Source: the human T2T-CHM13v2.0 reference genome, Homo sapiens. From it: DNA of 64,000 nt. Shown one piece after another: positions 54,381-64,000 of this stretch. The notes under the pieces were generated by a model. The model saw only the letters and a list, made by a program, of their open reading frames with translations, was not told the DNA's origin and did no database searches. How positions within the stretch are numbered: position 1 is the stretch's first letter; every line of letters begins with the position of its first letter. The stretch lies in NCBI RefSeq assembly GCF_009914755.1, contig NC_060944.1; one strand, written 5' to 3'. The translations under genes and the position numbers were made by a program.

Positions 54381-57300
54381 TAGAGCAGGTTTGAAACACT
54401 CTTTTTGTAGTATCTGGATGTGGACATTTGGATCGCTTTCAGGCCTATGGTGAAAAAGGAAATATCTTCCCATGAAGACTAGACAGAAGCATTCTCAGAA
54501 ACTTATTTGTGATGTGTGCCCTCAACTGACAGTGTTGAACCTTTGTTTTGATAGAGCAGTTCTGAAACACACTTTTTGTGAAATCTGCAAGAGGATATTT
54601 GGATAGCTTTGAGGATTTCGTTGGAAACGGGAATGTCTTCATGTAAACTCTAGACAGAAGCATTCTCAGAAACTGCTTTGGGATGTTTCAATTGAAGTCC
54701 CAGTGTTGAACATTCCCTTTCATAGAGCAGGTTTGAAACACTCTTTTTGTACTATCTGGAAGTGGACATTTGGAGCGCTTTCAGGTCTACGGTGAAAAAG
54801 GAGATATCTTCCAATAAAAACTAGATAGAAGCAATGTCAGAACTTTTTTCATGATGTATCTACTCAGCAAACAGAGTTGAACCTTTCTTTTGAGAGAGCA
54901 GTTTTGAAACACTCTTTTTGTGGAATATGCAAGTGGGTATTAGGCCAGCTTGGAGGATTTCGTTGGAAACGGGAATACGTATAAAAAGCAGACAGCAGCA
55001 TTGTCAGAAACTACTTTGTGATGTTTGCATTCAAGTCACAGAATTGAACACTCCCTTTCACAGAGCAGGTTTGAAACACTCTTTTTGTAGTGTCTGTAAG
55101 TGAACATTTGGATTGCTTTCAGGCCTAAGGTGAAAAAGGAAATATTTTCCCATAAAAACTAGACAGAAGCATTCTCAGAAACTTGTTTGTGATGTGTGCC
55201 CTCTACTGACAGAGTTGAAGCTTTCTTTGCAAAGAGCAGTTTTGAAACACTCTTTTTGTAGAATCTGCAAGAGGATATTTGGATAGCTTTGAGGATTTCT
55301 TGGGAAACGGGAATGTCTTCAGATAAACTCTAGACAGAAGCATTCTCAGAAACTTCTTTGGGATGTTTCAATTGAAGTCACAGTGTTGAACATTCCCTTT
55401 CACAGAGCAGGTTTGAAACACTCTTTTTGTAGTGTCTATAAGTGAACATTTGGCGTGCTTTCAGGCCTAACGTGAAAAAGGAAATATCTTCCCATAAAAA
55501 CTAGACAGAAGCATTCTCAGAAACTTGTTCTTGATGTGTCCCCTCTACTGACAGAGTTGAACCTTTCTTTGCAAAGAGCAGCTTTGAAACACTCTTTTTG
55601 TAGAATCTGCAAGAGGATATTTGGATAGCTTGGAGGATTTCGTTGGAAACGGGTATGTCTTCAGATAAACTCTAGACAGAAGCATTCTCAGAAACTTCTT
55701 TGGGAAGTTGCATTCAAGTCACAGAGTAGAACATTCCCATTCATAGAGCAGATTTGAAACACTCTTTTTGTAGTATCTGGAAGTGGACATTTGGAGCGCT
55801 TTCAGGCCTATGTTGAAAAAGGAAATATCTTCCCATAAAAACTAGACGGAAGCATTCTCAGAAACTTATTTGTGATGTGTTTGCTCAACTAACAGGATTG
55901 AACCATCGTTTTGAAGGAGCAGTTTTGAAACACTGTTTTCGTGGAATCTGCAAGTGGATATTTGGCTAGCTTTGAGGATTTCGTTGGAAACGGGATTACA
56001 TATAAAAAGGAGACAGCAGCATTCTCAGAAACTTCTTTGTGATGTCTGCATTCAATTCACAGAGTTGAGCATTCCCTTTCATAGAGCAGGTTGGAAACAC
56101 TCTTTTTGTAGTATCTGGATGAGGACATTTGGAGCGCTTTCAGGCGTATGGTGAAAAAGGAAATATCTTCCCGTAAAAACTAGACAGAAGCCTTCTCAGA
56201 AGTTTATTTGTGATGTGTGCCCTCAACTAACAGAGTTGAACCTTTCTTTTGATAGAGCAGTTTTGAAACACTCTTTTTGTAAAATCTGCAAGAGGTTATT
56301 TGGATAGCTTTGAGGATTTCGTTGCAAACGGGAATGGCTTCATATAAACTCTAGACAGAAGCATTCTCAGAAACTTCGTTGGGATGTTTCGATTGAAGTC
56401 CCAGTGTTGAACATTCCCTTTTATAGAGCAGGTTGGAAACACTCTTTCTGCATTCCCTGGAAGTGGACATTTGGAGCGCTTTCAGGACGACGGTGAAAAT
56501 GGAAATATCTTCCAAGAAAATCTAGATAGAAGCAATGTCAGAAACTTTTATGTGATGGATCTACTCAGCTAACAGAGTTGAACCTTTCTTTTGAGAGAGC
56601 AGTTTTGCAACACTCTTTTTGTGGAATATGCAAGTGGATATTAGGGCAGCTTTGAGGATTTCGTTGGAAACGGGAATACATGTAAAAAGCAGACAGCAGC
56701 ATTCTCAGAAACTTCTTTGTGATGTTTGCATTGAAGTCACAGAGTTGAACATTCCCTTTGAGAGAGCAGGTTTGAAACACGCCTTTTGTCATATCTGGAA
56801 GTGTCCATTCGGAGCGCATTCAGGCTTGTGTTGAAAAAGGAAATATCCTCCCATAAAAACTAGACAGAAGCATTCTCAGAAACTTATCTGTGATGTATGT
56901 ACTCAACTAACAGAACTAAACCATCGTTTTGAAGGAGCAGTTTTGAAACACTCTTTTTGCGGAATCTGCAAGTGGATATTTGGCTAGCTGGGAGGATTTC
57001 GTTGGAAACGGGATTACATACAAAAAGCAGACAGCAGCATTCTCAGAAACTTCTTTGTGATGTTTGCATTCAAGTCACAGAGTTGAACATTCCCTTTCAT
57101 AGAGCAGGTTTGAAACACTCTTTTTGTAGTATCTGGATGTGGACATTTGGATCGCTTTCAGGCCTATGGTGAAAAAGGAAATATCTTCCCATGAAGACTA
57201 GACAGAAGCATTCTCAGAAACTTATTTGTGATGTGTGCCCTCAACTGACAGTGTTGAACCTTTGTTTTGATAGAGCAGTTCTGAAACACACTTTTTGTGA

Positions 57301-60300
57301 AATCTGCAAGAGGATATTTGGATAGCTTTGAGGATTTCGTTGGAAACGGGAATGTCTTCATGTAAACTCTAGACAGAAGCATTCTCAGAAACTGCTTTGG
57401 GATGTTTCAATTGAAGTCCCAGTGTTGAACATTCCCTTTCATAGAGCAGGTTTGAAACACTCTTTTTGTACTATCTGGAAGTGGACATTTGGAGCGCTTT
57501 CAGGTCTACGGTGAAAAAGGAGATATCTTCCAATAAAAACTAGATAGAAGCAATGTCAGAACTTTTTTCATGATGTATCTACTCAGCAAACAGAGTTGAA
57601 CCTTTCTTTTGAGAGAGCAGTTTTGAAACACTCTTTTTGTGGAATATGCAAGTGGGTATTAGGCCAGCTTGGAGGATTTCGTTGGAAACGGGAATACGTA
57701 TAAAAAGCAGACAGCAGCATTGTCAGAAACTACTTTGTGATGTTTGCATTCAAGTCACAGAATTGAACACTCCCTTTCACAGAGCAGGTTTGAAACACTC
57801 TTTTTGTAGTGTCTGTAAGTGAACATTTGGATTGCTTTCAGGCCTAAGGTGAAAAAGGAAATATCTTCCCATAAAAACTAGACAGAAGCATTCTCAGAAA
57901 CTTGTTTGTGATGTGTGCCCTCTACTGACAGAGTTGAACCTTTCTTTGCAAAGAGCAGTTTTGAAACACTCTTTTTGTAGAATCTGCAAGAGGATATTTG
58001 GATAGCTTTGAGGATTTCTTGGGAAACGGGAATGTCTTCAGATAAACTCTAGACAGAAGCATTCTCAGAAACTTCTTTGGGATGTTTCAATTGAAGTCAC
58101 AGTGTTGAACATTCCCTTTCACAGAGCAGGTTTGAAACACTCTTTTTGTAGTGTCTATAAGTGAACATTTGGCGTGCTTTCAGGCCTAACGTGAAAAAGG
58201 AAATATCTTCCCATAAAAACTAGACAGAAGCATTCTCAGAAACTTGTTCTTGATGTGTGCCCTCTACTGACAGAGTTGAACCTTTCTTTGCAAAGAGCAG
58301 CTTTGAAACACTCTTTTTGTAGAATCTGCAAGAGGATATTTGGATAGCTTGGAGGATTTCGTTGGAAACGGGTATGTCTTCAGATAAACTCTAGACAGAA
58401 GCATTCTCAGAAACTTCTTTGGGATGTTGCATTCAAGTCACAGAGTAGAACATTCCCATTCATAGAGCAGATTTGAAACACTCTTTTTGTAGTATCTGGA
58501 AGTGGACATTTGGAGCGCTTTCAGGCCTATGTTGAAAAAGGAAATATCTTCCCATAAAAACTAGACGGAAGCATTCTCAGAAACTTATTTGTGATGTGTT
58601 TGCTCAACTAACAGGATTGAACCATCGTTTTGAAGGAGCAGTTTTGAAACACTGTTTTCGTGGAATCTGCAAGTGGATATTTGGCTAGCTTTGAGGATTT
58701 CGTTGGAAACGGGATTACATATAAAAAGGAGACAGCAGCATTCTCAGAAACTTCTTTGTGATGTCTGCATTCAATTCACAGAGTTGAGCATTCCCTTTCA
58801 TAGAGCAGGTTGGAAACACTCTTTTTGTAGTATCTGGATGAGGACATTTGGAGCGCTTTCAGGCGTATGGTGAAAAAGGAAATATCTTCCCGTAAAAACT
58901 AGACAGAAGCATTCTCAGAAGTTTATTTGTGATGTGTGCCCTCAACTAACAGAGTTGAACCTTTCTTTTGATAGAGCAGTTTTGAAACACTCTTTTTGTA
59001 AAATCTGCAAGAGGATATTTGGATAGCTTTGAGGATTTCGTTGCAAACGGGAATGGCTTCATATAAACTCTAGACAGAAGCATTCTCAGAAACTTCGTTG
59101 GGATGTTTCGATTGAAGTCCCAGTGTTGAACATTCCCTTTTATAGAGCAGGTTGGAAACACTCTTTCTGCATTCCCTGGAAGTGGACATTTGGAGCGCTT
59201 TCAGGACGACGGTGAAAATGGAAATATCTTCCAAGAAAATCTAGATAGAAGCAACGTCAGAAACTTTTATGTGATGGATCTACTCAGCTAACAGAGTTGA
59301 ACCTTTCTTTTGAGAGAGCAGTTTTGCAACACTCTTTTTGTGGAATATGCAAGTGGATATTAGGGCAGCTTTGAGGATTTCGTTGGAAACGGGAATACAT
59401 GTAAAAAGCAGACAGCAGCATTCTCAGAAACTTCTTTGTGATGTTTGCATTGAAGTCACAGAGTTGAACATTCCCTTTGAGAGAGCAGGTTTGAAACACG
59501 CCTTTTGTCATATCTGGAAGTGTCCATTCGGAGCGCATTCAGGCTTGTGTTGAAAAAGGAAATATCCTCCCATAAAAACTAGACAGAAGCATTCTCAGAA
59601 ACTTATCTGTGATGTATGTACTCAACTAACAGAACTAAACCATCGTTTTGAAGGAGCAGTTTTGAAACACTCTTTTTGCGGAATCTGCAAGTGGATATTT
59701 GGCTAGCTGGGAGGATTTCGTTGGAAACGGGATTACATACAAAAAGCAGACAGCAGCATTCTCAGAAACTTCTTTGTGATGTTTGCATTCAAGTCACAGA
59801 GTTGAACATTCCCTTTCATAGAGCAGGTTTGAAACACTCTTTTTGTAGTATCTGGATGTGGACATTTGGATCGCTTTCAGGCCTATGGTGAAAAAGGAAA
59901 TATCTTCCCATGAAGACTAGACAGAAGCATTCTCAGAAACTTATTTGTGATGTGTGCCCTCAACTGACAGTGTTGAACCTTTGTTTTGATAGAGCAGTTC
60001 TGAAACACACTTTTTGTGAAATCTGCAAGAGGATATTTGGATAGCTTTGAGGATTTCGTTGGAAACGGGAATGTCTTCATGTAAACTCTAGACAGAAGCA
60101 TTCTCAGAAACTGCTTTGGGATGTTTCAATTGAAGTCCCAGTGTTGAACATTCCCTTTCATAGAGCAGGTTTGAAACACTCTTTTTGTACTATCTGGAAG
60201 TGGACATTTGGAGCGCTTTCAGGTCTACGGTGAAAAAGGAGATATCTTCCAATAAAAACTAGATAGAAGCAATGTCAGAACTTTTTTCATGATGTATCTA

Positions 60301-63300
60301 CTCAGCAAACAGAGTTGAACCTTTCTTTTGAGAGAGCAGTTTTGAAACACTCTTTTTGTGGAATATGCAAGTGGGTATTAGGCCAGCTTGGAGGATTTCG
60401 TTGGAAACGGGAATACGTATAAAAAGCAGACAGCAGCATTGTCAGAAACTACTTTGTGATGTTTGCATTCAAGTCACAGAATTGAACACTCCCTTTCACA
60501 GAGCAGGTTTGAAACACTCTTTTTGTAGTGTCTGTAAGTGAACATTTGGATTGCTTTCAGGCCTAAGGTGAAAAAGGAAATATTTTCCCATAAAAACTAG
60601 ACAGAAGCATTCTCAGAAACTTGTTTGTGATGTGTGCCCTCTACTGACAGAGTTGAAGCTTTCTTTGCAAAGAGCAGTTTTGAAACACTCTTTTTGTAGA
60701 ATCTGCAAGAGGATATTTGGATAGCTTTGAGGATTTCTTGGGAAACGGGAATGTCTTCAGATAAACTCTAGACAGAAGCATTCTCAGAAACTTCTTTGGG
60801 ATGTTTCAATTGAAGTCACAGTGTTGAACATTCCCTTTCACAGAGCAGGTTTGAAACACTCTTTTTGTAGTGTCTATAAGTGAACATTTGGCGTGCTTTC
60901 AGGCCTAACGTGAAAAAGGAAATATCTTCCCATAAAAACTAGACAGAAGCATTCTCAGAAACTTGTTCTTGATGTGTCCCCTCTACTGACAGAGTTGAAC
61001 CTTTCTTTGCAAAGAGCAGCTTTGAAACACTCTTTTTGTAGAATCTGCAAGAGGATATTTGGATAGCTTGGAGGATTTCGTTGGAAACGGGTATGTCTTC
61101 AGATAAACTCTAGACAGAAGCATTCTCAGAAACTTCTTTGGGAAGTTGCATTCAAGTCACAGAGTAGAACATTCCCATTCATAGAGCAGATTTGAAACAC
61201 TCTTTTTGTAGTATCTGGAAGTGGACATTTGGAGCGCTTTCAGGCCTATGTTGAAAAAGGAAATATCTTCCCATAAAAACTAGACGGAAGCATTCTCAGA
61301 AACTTATTTGTGATGTGTTTGCTCAACTAACAGGATTGAACCATCGTTTTGAAGGAGCAGTTTTGAAACACTGTTTTCGTGGAATCTGCAAGTGGATATT
61401 TGGCTAGCTTTGAGGATTTCGTTGGAAACGGGATTACATATAAAAAGGAGACAGCAGCATTCTCAGAAACTTCTTTGTGATGTCTGCATTCAATTCACAG
61501 AGTTGAGCATTCCCTTTCATAGAGCAGGTTGGAAACACTCTTTTTGTAGTATCTGGATGAGGACATTTGGAGCGCTTTCAGGCGTATGGTGAAAAAGGAA
61601 ATATCTTCCCGTAAAAACTAGACAGAAGCCTTCTCAGAAGTTTATTTGTGATGTGTGCCCTCAACTAACAGAGTTGAACCTTTCTTTTGATAGAGCAGTT
61701 TTGAAACACTCTTTTTGTAAAATCTGCAAGAGGATATTTGGATAGCTTTGAGGATTTCGTTGCAAACGGGAATGGCTTCATATAAACTCTAGACAGAAGC
61801 ATTCTCAGAAACTTCGTTGGGATGTTTCGATTGAAGTCCCAGTGTTGAACATTCCCTTTTATAGAGCAGGTTGGAAACACTCTTTCTGCATTCCCTGGAA
61901 GTGGACATTTGGAGCGCTTTCAGGACGACGGTGAAAATGGAAATATCTTCCAAGAAAATCTAGATAGAAGCAATGTCAGAAACTTTTATGTGATGGATCT
62001 ACTCAGCTAACAGAGTTGAACCTTTCTTTTGAGAGAGCAGTTTTGCAACACTCTTTTTGTGGAATATGCAAGTGGATATTAGGGCAGCTTTGAGGATTTC
62101 GTTGGAAACGGGAATACATGTAAAAAGCAGACAGCAGCATTCTCAGAAACTTCTTTGTGATGTTTGCATTGAAGTCACAGAGTTGAACATTCCCTTTGAG
62201 AGAGCAGGTTTGAAACACGCCTTTTGTCATATCTGGAAGTGTCCATTCGGAGCGCATTCAGGCTTGTGTTGAAAAAGGAAATATCCTCCCATAAAAACTA
62301 GACAGAAGCATTCTCAGAAACTTATCTGTGATGTATGTACTCAACTAACAGAACTAAACCATCGTTTTGAAGGAGCAGTTTTGAAACACTCTTTTTGCGG
62401 AATCTGCAAGTGGATATTTGGCTAGCTGGGAGGATTTCGTTGGAAACGGGATTACATACAAAAAGCAGACAGCAGCATTCTCAGAAACTTCTTTGTGATG
62501 TTTGCATTCAAGTCACAGAGTTGAACATTCCCTTTCATAGAGCAGGTTTGAAACACTCTTTTTGTAGTATCTGGATGTGGACATTTGGATCGCTTTCAGG
62601 CCTATGGTGAAAAAGGAAATATCTTCCCATGAAGACTAGACAGAAGCATTCTCAGAAACTTATTTGTGATGTGTGCCCTCAACTGACAGTGTTGAACCTT
62701 TGTTTTGATAGAGCAGTTCTGAAACACACTTTTTGTGAAATCTGCAAGAGGATATTTGGATAGCTTTGAGGATTTCGTTGGAAACGGGAATGTCTTCATG
62801 TAAACTCTAGACAGAAGCATTCTCAGAAACTGCTTTGGGATGTTTCAATTGAAGTCCCAGTGTTGAACATTCCCTTTCATAGAGCAGGTTTGAAACACTC
62901 TTTTTGTACTATCTGGAAGTGGACATTTGGAGCGCTTTCAGGTCTACGGTGAAAAAGGAGATATCTTCCAATAAAAACTAGATAGAAGCAATGTCAGAAC
63001 TTTTTTCATGATGTATCTACTCAGCAAACAGAGTTGAACCTTTCTTTTGAGAGAGCAGTTTTGAAACACTCTTTTTGTGGAATATGCAAGTGGGTATTAG
63101 GCCAGCTTGGAGGATTTCGTTGGAAACGGGAATACGTATAAAAAGCAGACAGCAGCATTGTCAGAAACTACTTTGTGATGTTTGCATTCAAGTCACAGAA
63201 TTGAACACTCCCTTTCACAGAGCAGGTTTGAAACACTCTTTTTGTAGTGTCTGTAAGTGAACATTTGGATTGCTTTCAGGCCTAAGGTGAAAAAGGAAAT

Positions 63301-64000
63301 ATCTTCCCATAAAAACTAGACAGAAGCATTCTCAGAAACTTGTTTGTGATGTGTGCCCTCTACTGACAGAGTTGAACCTTTCTTTGCAAAGAGCAGTTTT
63401 GAAACACTCTTTTTGTAGAATCTGCAAGAGGATATTTGGATAGCTTTGAGGATTTCTTGGGAAACGGGAATGTCTTCAGATAAACTCTAGACAGAAGCAT
63501 TCTCAGAAACTTCTTTGGGATGTTTCAATTGAAGTCACAGTGTTGAACATTCCCTTTCACAGAGCAGGTTTGAAACACTCTTTTTGTAGTGTCTATAAGT
63601 GAACATTTGGCGTGCTTTCAGGCCTAACGTGAAAAAGGAAATATCTTCCCATAAAAACTAGACAGAAGCATTCTCAGAAACTTGTTCTTGATGTGTGCCC
63701 TCTACTGACAGAGTTGAACCTTTCTTTGCAAAGAGCAGCTTTGAAACACTCTTTTTGTAGAATCTGCAAGAGGATATTTGGATAGCTTGGAGGATTTCGT
63801 TGGAAACGGGTATGTCTTCAGATAAACTCTAGACAGAAGCATTCTCAGAAACTTCTTTGGGATGTTGCATTCAAGTCACAGAGTAGAACATTCCCATTCA
63901 TAGAGCAGATTTGAAACACTCTTTTTGTAGTATCTGGAAGTGGACATTTGGAGCGCTTTCAGGCCTATGTTGAAAAAGGAAATATCTTCCCATAAAAACT
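54381..64000 (+). repeat. Tandem duplication with a 2-HOR (5,438 bp) period; units 21-22 match units 23-24
   Basis: Shared variants at +5,438: AAGCTT 55218/60656, GGGAAGTTG 55706/61144 and GAAGCCTTC 56192/61630. TTTGTGAAATC is present in all four units (54580, 57299, 60018, 62737). Confidence 0.85.

Larger units (their letters stand above)
1..64000 (+). repeat. Centromeric alpha-satellite HOR array: 16-mer, 2,719-bp unit, ~23.5 copies, SF2-type dimeric (A/B) organisation
   Basis: Monomers of ~171 bp carry the alphoid motifs CATTCTCAGAAAC, GAGTTGAAC, TTTGAAACACTCTTTTTGT and GAAAAAGGAAATATCTTC. Every ORF in the track recurs at exactly 2,719 bp (538, 3257, 5976 ... 63075). CENP-B box positions fall in every second monomer. 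Copies differ only by scattered SNVs. Confidence 0.99.
1..64000 (+). repeat. D20Z2: Probable identity: human chromosome 20 active centromeric array D20Z2 (S2C20H1L)
   Basis: Inference from recalled knowledge. The B monomers carry the SF2-like GGATATTTGGATAGCTTTGAGGATTTCGTTGGAAACGGGA, A and B alternate strictly, and the HOR is a 16-mer. The chr20 live HOR is the SF2 16-mer, whereas D17Z1, also a ~2.7 kb 16-mer, is pentameric SF3 and does not fit. Not confirmed by alignment. Confidence 0.75.

Noticed and set aside
65-63260. About 170 short ORFs (61-98 aa) on both strands, e.g. MWNMQV..., MFQTCS..., MRSEWT...
   Set aside because: They are translations of alphoid monomers recurring at 2,719 bp. 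Many rely on non-ATG starts, they resemble no protein family I recognise, and they appear or vanish with single SNVs (e.g. 56296 removes one).
236-63812. No polymorphism seen inside intact CENP-B boxes, suggesting purifying selection
   Set aside because: With only ~30 variable sites per 2,719 bp and ~63 essential box bases, fewer than one hit is expected by chance. The observation is uninformative at this scale.
1-64000. CRISPR-like look of conserved motifs (AGACAGAAGCATTCTCAGAAAC) separated by variable sequence
   Set aside because: The intervening sequences are homologous parts of 171-bp monomers that repeat every HOR, not unique spacers. No cas genes are present.
1-64000. Assignment to D17Z1 (chr17), also a ~2.7 kb 16-mer
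   Set aside because: D17Z1 is pentamer-based SF3. Here box positions alternate strictly every ~340 bp, which indicates a dimeric family.
1-64000. A novel gene-based system, embedded mobile element or inversion hidden in the array
   Set aside because: The unbroken 2,719-bp register and single orientation leave no room for inserted sequence, and I saw no non-alphoid stretch.

Overview
The whole 64 kb window is one uninterrupted, unidirectional primate alpha-satellite array. It holds about 23.5 copies of a 2,719-bp, 16-monomer higher-order repeat (HOR) with strictly alternating CENP-B-box (B) and pJalpha-type (A) monomers. This dimeric structure and the monomer motifs fit suprachromosomal family 2 (SF2). 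A homogeneous SF2 16-mer best matches the active centromeric array of human chromosome 20 (D20Z2 / S2C20H1L); this assignment is from recall, not from a search. I found no genes, RNA genes, transposon insertions, inversions or HOR length variants, and every listed ORF is an artefact of the repeat. I found no new coding system. The interesting signal is the nested structure shown by SNVs: a ~19 kb near-identical duplication at a 12-HOR spacing (32,628 bp), a recent 2-HOR (5,438 bp) tandem duplication, two alternating HOR haplotypes with recombinant copies, an internal 6+6+2+2 architecture of the 16-mer, and one fixed dead CENP-B box per HOR. HOR units are numbered from position 1 (unit n starts at 1+2719*(n-1)). 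Variants were read by eye, so the lists may be incomplete.
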